Below, in pieces: positions 26,101-38,000 of a DNA stretch of 64,000 bases. Both the position numbers and the translations under genes were made by a program. The notes under the pieces are model-generated. The model worked only from the letters and a program-made list of their open reading frames with translations. It had not been told where the DNA came from and did no database searches. Source of the DNA: Bugula neritina. Taxonomy: Eukaryota; Animalia; Bryozoa. Location of the stretch: positions 26,552,628 through 26,616,627 of the forward strand of contig OZ037767.1 of NCBI GenBank assembly GCA_964035545.1. The letters run 5' to 3'. Within the stretch, counting starts at the first letter, position 1; every line of letters starts with the position of its first letter.

Positions 26101-29100
26101 CTCTCTTCTTTACTGACTGTCATTCAGTCTACTCTAGCATACCTCACTGATAATTAAGGCTTATGTAACTTAGCAGTATATATACTACTCCAGTGTCTAT
26201 TCTACAGGCCTGTATGCTATCATTTTACCCGGAGTTTGAAACTGAACCTCAAGAAAGTTACGAGCTCATCATACTACTTGACCTGAGCAATTCAATGTCC
26301 TCTGAAAATGTGGCGTCTGCTAAGAAGATAGCCATAGATCTCCTGCAATGTCTCAACAGCAAAGTCTTCTACAATCTCATCACATTTGGCTCTAGTAAGT
26401 CTCTCCAGTATCTGTTGAGACTAGACTGAGCCTGTCACATCATGTGACTATTCTTTGTTGCTTGCAGCTGAGCCATATGGGAGTTCTGATGTTTTTTTAA
26501 CGAACAATTTCCTATTGTAAATGTTGGCAATTGGTTTAGCAAATGTTTTTTTTGTATTCATGTTTTTGATTAGAATTTAACTGATCCGAGTAATAAATTG
26601 TTTTGTAGCTTATTCTGAACTGCATTCTCGATCACTGCCGGCCAACACCAACAACAAAACTCTGGCCATCAATAAAATTAAGGTAAGATGTTGTAGTGCT
26701 TCATTACAATTAAAAAGAAGGTATTTTTCCTTGTAGTGTTTGTCATTTCCTTTTTCTATGTCCTAGTTCTGTTGTGTTGATCTTGGAAGCATACTTATAG
26801 CTTTTGGTTGCAACTTTAATTACTGGCTTTACTTGAATGTATTTATCAACACAATTCGTATGGGGAAGTAATACTAGAGGATATGATTACTGTAGACCTA
26901 TTTCCTGTTTGCAGAACTGTGAAAGCAGGAGGGGTAACACCGATATTGTTGCTATCATAGCCAACCTTTCCCTCTTAGCTTCTCCAAGTAGGCATAGAAA
27001 TGTTGTCCTCATATCAGATGGACACCTCACCAACCCCAACCTCACCCTCCAAACTCTGAGCGAGAACTCGAGCCGCATTAGACTGTTCACGCTTACTGTT
27101 GGGTCTGTAGTGCTGTTAGCCCAGTTGTATTTCTTTTTTCTTGTATGTTTTTAAAGTGAATTATATAATAGAAGTTGTACTATTTGACGTATGGTATCTT
27201 GTTTATCCAGGTCTTCTGGGAACAAGTATCTGATGAGGGAGATGGCTAGGATTGGCTGTGGTGTGTCCGAGTACATGAATCCTAAGGCTAGGTTTAACTG
27301 GGGCAAGCAGGTACGTGAGGTGGGATGCATATATAAGGAATACATGGCATGGCATTTAAATAGGGCTCTATAGTGGTTATTTTAAAATGCCATTCTGTGA
27401 TATAGTTATTTGTTGGATTAGTTAGTGCAGACTAGTTATAGTTATTCTTTTGTAAAATATATTTAGCACAGTCTGGAGAAAATTATCAGAAATTTTTTAG
27501 TTTACAAATTAAAACTCCACAGTCTGCATTTATAAATTGTTCTTCTTCCAACATGAGATTACAAGCAGACCAATAGTTTCTGGTTGAAAATAATGTTGGA
27601 AAATTTTTGTTACAATTATTTTCTATGATAAAATTAATTTGTTATGTACTGACCATTAAAGATTTAGTATGCATGGCTTTGTTTGGCATATAATTGCACT
27701 TGCATTTTTGCTGGTGCTATTTGGAGTTACAGAGTTTAAACTATTTTAACTGAGTATTAAAATGAATATAATCAGCTGAATGACTCTCTTGGGTGACTCA
27801 ACTTTTACCATTCGGTACTGAGTACAGTAACATGCAGGTTTCAACTATTGCAGCTAAAAGGTGTGATTGAGAAGGCGAAGCAACCTCTACTCTCGCAGGT
27901 CAAGGTCGTCTGGCAGGAGCAGAATACTGACTTGCCTCAGCCTCTCCAAGCTCCGGCTTGTATTCCATCTCTATTCAGCGGCAATAGAATTGTTGTTTAT
28001 GGGTTCGCATCAAACTGTTTTATGGTATGGATAATGCTTTCTCGAGTCTCTTCAAATCTAACTAACCTAGAGAGCTGTAGTCCTACATGATAGTCGTGAA
28101 ACTCATTCACATGGGTTTATAGTCGCTATCCCTATGAGAACCCCTGATTAAAAGGGCTGATTTAGTAGACTAAGGACTGTTTTTTTATTGTGGTGATGAG
28201 GCCTTTGCTTGGAATTGAACCACTGACCTTGTGTTTACTGGACCAGTGCCCTAGCCACTAAATCTTTTCTTCTCTTTTTTCACATCTTGTTCTCGTTGAA
28301 CTACTAGTATTTATTTTAATCGGCAATGCAGCTTAAGCATAATTTCTTTTAAAGTTTTGTTCTCATGATTGATATAAACTGATGGAACTAAGTAATCAGT
28401 TCAACAGCTATTATTGAGCCTCTCACAATATAGTGTCTATTCAACTGAAACATTAGTTTTATTTTCCTATTTTTAGAGCCTCACACTTTCATGCAATAAT
28501 TTTTAAACTATTCCTGGTTTCAGCTCTAAGGTTTTTGACAAACTTCAATCAAGTTGCTAAAAAATTGGGCTTGGATTGTAGGCTACTCTGAGGGCAGTGA
28601 TTGGAGGCAGAGAAGTTTCAACTGTCGTGTCAGCTTCGCCCCTAAATGCTAGCACTGGTCTGACAGTCCACAGGCTAACGGCCAGAGCTGTCATTCAGGA
28701 CTGGGAACATGGGTGTCTCTCTAATGACCCAGTAGAGCACCAGGTCAGCTCTAAAGCTATGATTTATCTCTGCTGTTACTGCGAAGAGGTTTTTGTGCTG
28801 TTTTATATTTTGCTTTGATATATAAAGCTAGTATTTGGCATATGCCCGGCCCCCTTTTCGTTATTTGTGTGCTACTTCTTATTTTTTAAATTTCCATCTC
28901 ACAGATAAAGAAGAAAAATGCCAAGCAGTCGATTATAGAGATGAGCAAAGACTATAGCATAGTGAGTCAATTTACCAGCTTTGTGGCTATCGAAGAGAGA
29001 GACACGAAGGAGCAGAAAAAGCCGAGTCATGAATCGTCTGATATACGTAATGTTGATTCATTTCCAATTCAATTTATTGCAATCATAACTACAAACAATT

Positions 29101-32100
29101 CTGATAAATTCAATAGTTTTTTGTCACTATTCATGCCTTGATAGGAGTGGAAGTCAAAATGAATGCAAGTGTATATTATATTGGTTCAGAATCGAATAAG
29201 TATATAACATAAACTCATTTCATTGTATTGTACAATCACTCTGTTTGCTTGTGTGTCTTACAGTTGCAAAGTTTAATAAGTATATCGCAGAAAGTATGAT
29301 TGACCTACTTCCTGGCATGGAGTATGAGGGCACTGACACGGGTAAGTCTAGACGAACACTGGAGGTAATAATACTGACAGTGATAGTACTGGAAGTAGTA
29401 ATACTGACGGTGATAGTACTGGAGGTAGTAGAACTGATAGTAGTGCTGATAGTAGTGGTACCGGAGGTAGTAGAACTGATAGTAGTAGTGCTGATAGTAG
29501 TAGTACCGGAGGTAGTAGAACTGATAGTAGTAGTGCTGATAGTAGTAGTACCGGAGGTAGTAGAACTGATAGTAGTAGTGCTGATAGTAGTAGTACTCAA
29601 GCTAGTACTACTGAGAGCAGTACTGTTGTAAATGGTAGTACCATATCTGGCATTACTGTGATATAGCGTAAGAAATGAAGTAGCCATACCATTGCTGATA
29701 GTGACAGAGGTGATGTTAGACTTAGAGAATGTAGTTGTAAAGTTTAGAAGTACCGGTGCAATAGTAATGAGAGTAGAGGTGTTGATGGCTATGAATTGTA
29801 TACAATATAGTTTACTGTGAAAAAAATTTTCCGTTTTGCAAAGACTGGAAGAAAACCTCACTTTTTGTAGGTCTAAAGAAGTATACGGCTGTAAAGGAAA
29901 TGCAACACTTGAATAACATTGAAGATGTTGAAGAAGCGCTGGATGAGCAGTTGTGCTATGATAGTATGGATGAGCTAACTGTGGGGGGTGGCATAGATAG
30001 GCTGGGCATAGATGTTGAAGCATGGTCATGCTATGAGGTTTTAGATGTCGTAAATGAAAATGACGGTATAGGTAGGATGAGCTATGACGGTATAGGTAGG
30101 ATGAGCTATGATGGTATAGGTAGTGTGAGCTATGATTGTATAGATAACCTGGGATATGATGGTATGGAAGAGCTAAATGAGGATGATTGGGGAGAGGATC
30201 TGTATGAGAATCCTGAGGTGGGAGAACTCTACTGTGGTGCGGATCTTTTTAGCTCTGATGATAGGCAACTATACGGCTATTGTCCTGGTTAGTGAATACA
30301 TCTGTAGTCTAAATAGTTGCATATTTACTTCTCAAAGTAATAACAATATTTATAAGATTTATTGCTTCTATCTACTGTTGTTTTTATTTCAGAATCTGAA
30401 GCGTCATCAGAGTCTTTTGAAGGTTTGTTGAATTTAGAAGCTTCAATAAGTAAACATTTGCTCTTGCTTATGGTATATTGTGTCTGTGTTGAACTGCACA
30501 ATTTACACTCAGCATTAGTTAGTCATTTAGAGGGAGCAGCAGTGGTCTAGGGGTTAAAGCGTTTGCTTTGTGAACGCGAAGTCCCCGGCAAAGGCCATTG
30601 GTGATGTTAGGGACAGCATCCAGTCATAATTGCTTCTGTGCCTCATTTGAACAAGTTCTTAGCCCTTTACATTAGGGTTTCTAACAGGGATAGCGACTAT
30701 AAACTTGTGTGAGTTTTTTTTGAGTGAGTGAGAGAGTAATTGGTCATTTATATTGTCTACGTGATTATTTGCTGTGTAACCTGATAATAATGTACAATAA
30801 CGCAATCACTGCCAGCTGTAATGAAATATTTACATCTATGTTTAATAATGTAATATATAATCGATTTATCAGCAAATTTAATTTAAATCAATTGTTCGTC
30901 ACCTTATATTTGTAAAATAGATTTGATGTGTTATTAGACCGATCATATAGGGCTTCATTTAACAAGTCGGAATCAGGTGAAAACAAAATCTGTCTTATCC
31001 ATATGGGTTGTTTCTTTCAACTTTAATAAAGGTTTTACAAATTACCTGTGTTTATATTTTTGTGATATCTAGCCACGGTTTGGGTGACCACACTACCAAG
31101 CTGTAGATGTGCATACAATAACAGTGTCACTAAGAAGGGGATTTTTATCTTTTCTTGCGCCTAAATTGATAGCATTGGTTTTCATTTCTCCGCTTCAGGT
31201 TTTGGTCTCAGCAGTCCAACATCACTTGCATACAGTCCCACGTCACCTGCATACAGTCCTACATCACCTGCATACAGTCCAATGTTGGATAGCTCTTCTC
31301 TTTTAAGGAAAAAGCAAAAAAAGAAGTTTGCTGCACCTCCTCTTTTTAGGAATGTGACACCTATTCCTGAGATGGAAGCACCATCATTGCCATCAACACC
31401 ACCGCCACTTCCACCTCGGCCACTACCACGTCAAGCACCGCCACCTCAGGCATTACCACGTCAGGTACCACCACTACCACGTCAAGCACCACTACTACCA
31501 CCTCAGGCACTACCACTACCACCTCGAGCACTACCACCTCAGGCAATAAAGCTAGCAACTCGAGCATCAGTAGCAGCACCACCACTCTTGGCATCACAAC
31601 CACTAACCACATTACCACAAATGGCACCACAATCCCTAGAAGAACCACCACCACCAACACTGCGTCAAAAGGCAAGATTTATGAATAGTTTCACACAGCC
31701 GCCTTCAGCCTCCCAGGAGCAGCCATCTTCAGCCAGGTTAATTGGCAGTTTAGCAGCTGAAGTTGCATCTCATGCAAATCGTTTCGAGCCTCAGTGTTTT
31801 AATCAAGCAGCAGCTTCTCTTGCCTTTGCTAAATCATCACCAGCACCACCACCACCTGGGGCGGCAGCATCACCACCTGGGGCAACAACAGGAACTCTAT
31901 TGGCTGACAAAGCAGCAGAGCTCACAGTACGTAAATCGGCAGCAGCCGAACTTCTAGTGAAAGCAGCAGATTACAAACTAAGCAGTGGAGCAAAAACCCG
32001 CATACAAGCAGCTCCTGAATCTCGCCGGACACGGAAAGCTTTCAGAGAGTATTCAGCATCTGCAGATGTTGGGTTTTCTTTTGGCGGAAACTCAGCGCTG

Positions 32101-34116
32101 AAAGAACGATTTTCAGCTGATGAAATTAGGTTTGCTCATCGTGCAGGTTATGAATTCTGGTCAGCTAAGGATGCAGGTGGTCCATTTAGGTCAGCTGATA
32201 GTAGATGTGGTTTTTTTGGGTCAGCTTATGATATGGCAGGGATAGCATTTGAAGATGAATCTTTAGTTTCTTTCTCTGCTCGACATAGCACCCGCAGAAG
32301 AGGAGGCAGTCACATCAGTGTTATGGATATAAAAAACCGAAATGAGAAGCTAGATGATGCAAAGACTACGTCTACACCTCTACCAATATCACATGGGTTG
32401 TACAGAGCTAAAGAAGGTAAACTTTAATACATTCTCTTTAGAGTAATGCTTCTGTGTTGAGCAGGTGGTATAATGGTAACAATAACTTCCCTTTCTATGC
32501 TGCACTTCTTCTACTTCTATTATTGTATTATACTTCTATTACTGTATTCTACTTCTATTACTGTATTCTACTTCTATTACTGTATTCTACTCCTATTACT
32601 GTATTCTACTTCTATTAATGTATTCTACTTCTATTACTGTATTCTACTTCTATTACTGTAAACTACCTCAGGTAAAGACTTGAAGACCATCATCCTCTAT
32701 CCAGTCTCATTGACTGATGGATGGAAACAGGAGTTACATGTCATCGGCAAAGATATTCCAAAGCACGATCAGCGTATTGACTATCTAGTATGTGTTTAAA
32801 TTATCTTTGACTAAGTTATGTATTATTAACACTTACTAGACTTCAGTCCAGCAAACTGAAATCCGGTGAGATGTGGAAAATTTCAAGCTGTTTTCTGTTG
32901 ACTTACATTCTATTCGCTTTCTTGTTGGGGTAGAATTTGCATCTGTTTTAATATGTCTTAATTAGGTACTGTTTTTAGTTTTGCTATTTGAATTTTTGAT
33001 TTTATTTATTTTTTTTGGATTTCTAATTCATATAACATTAAAATTTTAAGTAAACGCTTGTTTTTGTTGTACTCTGGTGCCAAATTTTTTGCGGTTTATT
33101 AAAACTTGTATCTTAAATTTTGTTTATTCAGAAGATTATAAATTAATATAAGCTACATAGATTGCATTTTGTTGGCTTAGTGGCTGGAATACTATATGGT
33201 GAGTTTATTAATACCACAAGCTTAGTTCTGTCTGTAAAGCGTAACTCACAAGTATAAATTGCATATACTTGTTAAGTTATTTTCCAGTTGTCAATTGATG
33301 TTGATACTTGTGACATGGTATCATCATGTCACATGACTGCTATTGGTCACACCGCTCTGGTAGCAGTACACTGTCTCAAGGCAGAGTACTATTTGCTATA
33401 TTCTAGGGAGATGGAGCTGATGTTATACAAAGTCTAGTGGTTCAGCTAAAGAACAAAATAAGGTACTTTGACTCTGGTGCGTTGGAGAATTGCCTCATTC
33501 AGGCTGGTATAAAGTCTCTTGGTGAGTCATTCATTTTCTGGGAACTTCGCTCTCTTCCAACTCTTATTTCTCTCTTTCAGCTGTTAGCTTGTCTTGTAAT
33601 TTCTACATACACATTTTACTCTACATTTTTATAAAATGAAAATCGCTGCCTCCTGTAGCTGGAGTTATTCTCTCAACACAAGGCATCAGCAAGATCTCCT
33701 TGTGGAATTTTGTGTGATGTAATTCTTCAAGTTTCTCACTATGTGTTAGTTATTTTTATAGCTCGGGATTTCTTTATTCTGCAGGTAAAGTGGCTGCAAC
33801 AGAAATCCTGTGCCTTTTCCTGTGGCGGATGACTATGTTTGTAGCCTTAGTTGAGCAGTTTGAGCAGTTGGAGGTTGCGCCGCCCACCCCTATTGAGTGG
33901 CTGGTCGAGAGGTTGGACATCAAAAACAAAAATTCTCCTTTACTTTCCGACATGCCGAGATGGTTCTCCAGGTTTCCTCAAACAGGTTCCTTCAGCTTCT
34001 GGAACTTGGCTAAAAAGCATAGCATGGTGCTGCAGACCCTTGGCATGGGCTCTCGGTGGAGTTGTGTACTCATGAATATGATGTGCACTAAGGATCTCAC
34101 TCTCGAACTTCGGTGA
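17128..34116 (+). CDS. PARP4: PARP4 / vault poly(ADP-ribose) polymerase (vPARP) ortholog, ~30 exons; start codon uncertain
   Basis: BRCT (17916-18070, 18361-18556). ART domain with H-Y-E: LLFHAS (~22345), RTDAGNLGHGLYF (22614-22712), NEYCVY (~23985). VIT: QVYYNNSDKPIEAKFVFPLSEMAAVCGFEAFINDKHIVGKVKEK and FTISVGNLPP. vWA with MIDAS residues DLSNS, GNTD, ISDG. HRLTARAVIQDWE; SIVSQFTSFVAIEER; acidic and Pro-rich linker (29871-32416); MVP-binding-like end GIKSLG...LGMGSRW; stop at 34116. Exon phases are consistent where checked. Confidence 0.93.
19255..19400. repeat. AT-rich ~19-bp tandem repeat (tatattattataatatttg) in a PARP4 intron
   Basis: Direct reading. Confidence 0.8.
28100..28262 (-). mobile_element. 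tRNA-derived SINE-like element (intronic)
   Basis: Minus strand shows an A-box-like TAGTGGCTAGG and a B-box GGTTCAATTCC. Its 3' tail agggatagcgactataaac is shared with the copies at 30532 and 48018. Confidence 0.65.
29359..29596. repeat. 45-bp tandem repeat built of three 15-bp subunits (AGT-rich) in a PARP4 intron
   Basis: Unit ctgatagtagtagtg-ctgatagtagtagta-ccggaggtagtagaa, about 3.5 copies plus degenerate flanks. It lies between the donor at 29342 and the acceptor at 29870. Confidence 0.85.
30532..30715 (+). mobile_element. tRNA-derived SINE-like element, same family
   Basis: Head gggagcagcagtggtctaggggttaaagc, core gtgatgttagggacagcatccagtcataattg, tail acagggatagcgactataaac. Confidence 0.7.
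32500..32660. repeat. 19-bp tandem repeat (tattactgtattctacttc) filling a PARP4 intron up to the acceptor
   Basis: About 8 copies read directly; source of spurious ORF 32473-32661. Confidence 0.9.
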
Positions 34117-35063
34117 GAACTTCCTACCATTGACACTAAAATTGTGCCACAAAACTTCTGTTCTCTATTTTTAGAAACTAGTATTATCATATTTTTGCAC
34201 TTTTTCCTTTCTATTTCAAGACCGGTATAATATTTTGTGTGATTGTACTGTGATTCATTTTTTGAAGACTGTGTTGAAAAAATTTGTAGAACTTTCTTTC
34301 TAGTTTTCTAATTTATCTTTATTGTATATGTACTATTACAATTTTGATTATTTTCGATTGCATTTATTCAACTTTGTGCAGGCAACTGGCACTTTTGTGT
34401 TATTGAATTTGTTATATATTGTCTTATATAATAGTTGTAACTTCATTTATATTTTGTGTTATTTAACTAAACACTCACTTCTATCATCTTACTAATACTT
34501 CAAATTAAAATACACCTCAACTTTCAAGCCACTTTGGGCACTCTTGTTGTGTGATTTACAAAGAGGAGACAACTTTATTCTTTAGTCAATAGTCAATCCA
34601 AACTACATGTATACTATATCCATTAAGTACTGGGCATGGATTGAATACTTTATATACCACAACTTATGCATGCTATATCACAGTTATTATTCGATAAGTC
34701 AATATCTCATTGTGAAATCATGATTTGTGTACACATAACATAATCGCATGTTTGCCAACTCTAACTGTATTATTATAAGATATTGTTGGTTGACTGTTGC
34801 TAGGTAACAGTATATCTTATTGACCTGTGCTATTGCTTGAATACCTGATTGCATATTCATAAAAGGTAAGCGATATTACCTGCTTTCTTTCTCTCTGCTC
34901 TTTTAACATGTGTTCATCAAATTAAGTGAGTGAAGTGAAAGTTGTGTAATTGTTAGTTTCTCTTTCTTCAGTCATTGTGTAGTGAGTAATTAGGAGAAGT
35001 GAGAAAACTAGCTGGTGCAGGGAAAAGGAACAGCTACCACTTACGATTTTTTCATCACAATTC

Positions 35064-38000
35064 ATGGAAACCATGGATACCGGTTCTAAAGAAGGTAAGA
35101 ATTTACTTGTCTTTGGATCTTTCCAATCAGTCCTGTCTATTCGCATTAATTATTTTGTATCTTATAAAATAACATACGCTGCCTAACAAATTTGTATAAC
35201 ACTTCTTCAAATAACTGTGGCGTTACTTATAATGAAGAAAATATTTTGAATATTCTAATTGGAAATAAATAAAATTATTTCACTACTTCCTTTTAAGCTG
35301 TGATCATATTTTGCTTCAAGAATGTGTACGTTGGCTTTCATTTCCGCTAGGGGTTGTGGCACCGGCATTAAAATTTTATCAATTATTGCAGGCCAAACTC
35401 GAATGATACACGTCCAAACTGAGACGAAGAACTTGGACATTAGCGTAGATCTTGCATGCAATGTCCAAGGATTAAAGGAAAGCATAGAAGAGGTAGAAGG
35501 GATTCCTGTCCAACAGCAGGGAATTATTCTCAACGGGAAAGAGCTGAATCATAGCGAGGACTTGCCACAACAAGATGAACTAACACTTCAATTGGTTGTG
35601 AAATCAGAGAACAGTGTTGAAGAGTCTGCTGCAGGTAATTAAGTTGAGGATCCATTTCTTATATGCTTGTCTTTTTGCCATCTATACTTAAACGGTAGGT
35701 GCAGTAATGAAGAAATTGAGAAAAGCCAATGTACTAGACTAGAAGTGTAGCAAAAAAGTTATGTCCAACTTGCGCTTTAAACCAAAATTTATCCAAAAAA
35801 TATCAAAGAACTTAGGCTATCAATTTCTACTATTGCACCTAGTAACTAAGTTAAGAAATTTTTTCATGGTGAAGTAAGCTACCGGAATTCAGATTCAGAA
35901 TTCTTTTTTTGATAAACTAAGTAATTCCTTTCTTATTCAGCATTGATACCGTGTGTCTTAGACACAAATTGGTCTCCATATTATGTGAATGTTATAAGTT
36001 CAAGTTTCTATGACACTATAGATAATAGGTCCACAGTTAAATTACAGATAAATAATGTGCTTGTTTATGCAAAGGTAGTCATCTCTTCAGCTGCTAAGGT
36101 TCAAATGTTTGCCTCTGAAACTACTGAAGGCACCTTTCCTTTGGGAACAGATTAATAAAGAAACTAATTTTAGGATTTTGTATATGCATTTATTTTGACA
36201 TTAAGAGAATATATAGTTATATTAATACTAAATGTTGAAAAGTAATAGCCAAAAAGTACTTTGTGGTGGTGATGCCTAGTATACCGTTACTCTGTTAAAT
36301 CATCTACTTTCAAACCAAAACTTAACCCTCTTTTTATAGCAATTTATAGTAGAGGTAAGTGCAACTGGTTTTTTGAATTTCTCCTTAGTTTTAATACAGA
36401 AGAATAGGAATACGTAATAGTTTTAGTTGGCCTTGAGTCTTGTTGTGCTGTAACTAAGTATGTTGAATGCATGATGCTTAAATCTATGTCAGCAGGTTTT
36501 TTATGGCTGTTATTAGATAATGCGAAAGCTTAAGAATATGTTTAATTAATAAATCAACTTGATATAAAAAAAAGCATGGAGATTGTTTGCGGCTTTCTTA
36601 TACTATTGAGTAGGCAACAGTGTTTTCTAACTTCATTTGAAACAAATAATTTGAAAGAACATATATGTTATAATACAAAGACATTGCTTGGAAAAAAATA
36701 GTTTTATTAGAGTTTGTGCTTATTTTGACCTCCGGGTAATTTCTGTCACATCTTTTCTTTGCAGAGGCAGCAGAAGAATATGCTGAGGCTGACTTTGAAG
36801 GTAAATAAACTTTTTATGAGAGTTTGCATTGTCTAGATTTACTACTTGGAAAAGTGTGACACGATGTAGTTTACATAATGTGTGAGCTTTGTTTTGGTAG
36901 AGATTGAATGTACATGTAATAGTATGCAGCTTTGCAAATACTCTGTTAGTTATTTGCTCCTATAGCTATAACTTACAGCCCTATAATAACTTTTATGTTT
37001 GTTTTTTGGCAAGAATAACTCGCGGTTTTAAGTTGTATCTAAGTGTGGGAAATTACGGTACTTACCAGAGCTTATAAATAAAATATAGATGCTACTCACT
37101 GCGTACCTCTATATGTCGTTGCGTGTTTGTGCTTTCCGTAAGGTTCTTTGAATATTGTAGACTCGACATCTCTTGATAAAGCTGGTTCGGCTAACCAGGA
37201 TCTCAAGGAAAAAGACAAAGGTAAACAAGTTTAGGATTGTTTACTGTGTTTTATTAGCTTACTTGAAAGCAACGTGACATTTTTAATAGCCAATTTCTCA
37301 TTTTCATGACTGTGTATTGCTGAGCTCTAATACACTCTTATTTAGAAGGACTTATGATCAAATGTAAAAGAAAACGTATCTGAGCGACATATCATGTCTA
37401 TTTAGTATTATATCAGCTGTAGAAAGCAGAACCTGATCTTTATAAGGCTTTCTAGCTGACTATAAACTTCTATTCATGCTGCCTGAAAGCCATGCTGACA
37501 ACATGCTTTAAGTAGCCCAATATTAGTTTTGGTTAAATACCTTCTGCCACCAACGGCTTATGAAGTTTAATCCATCATGCATGCTTGCCAAACATGCTAT
37601 ATAATGCTTCTAACCAATAAACTATACATTCATCTTTGTTAAATTATTTTTTCCTGTGAAGTGGTAATGTATGTAATGCACTTTTATAACGCTCTGTTCA
37701 ATTTTTCTTACATGTTATATTATCCTAAAGGATTATTTTAGCAATTTTTTCTCAGCAGGTCTTTTTTGGGGTTTTAAATACATAAATTTATATTATGAAG
37801 TTATGCCGAGTAAACTAGAAAAATATGTTAGTTTATTTCTACGTTAGATTTTCATCAAGTGCTTGTGTCTTTTTAGAAACAGTTTCTGTTAACACTGGGT
37901 TAGAGAGTCCGAATCCCCAGAAAGCAGGTAAGAATACTTTTGTAAACTCATTTGCATGATTATATAGTATAAAGCTATCTATCAGTCAATTAATCTCCAA

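Noticed and set aside
29220-30029. 269-aa Thr/Ser-rich minus-strand ORF (mucin-like) and the Val-rich plus ORF 29245-29631
   Set aside because: Both arise from the intronic AGT-rich 45-bp repeat; the PARP4 splice sites at 29342 and 29870 bypass it in phase.
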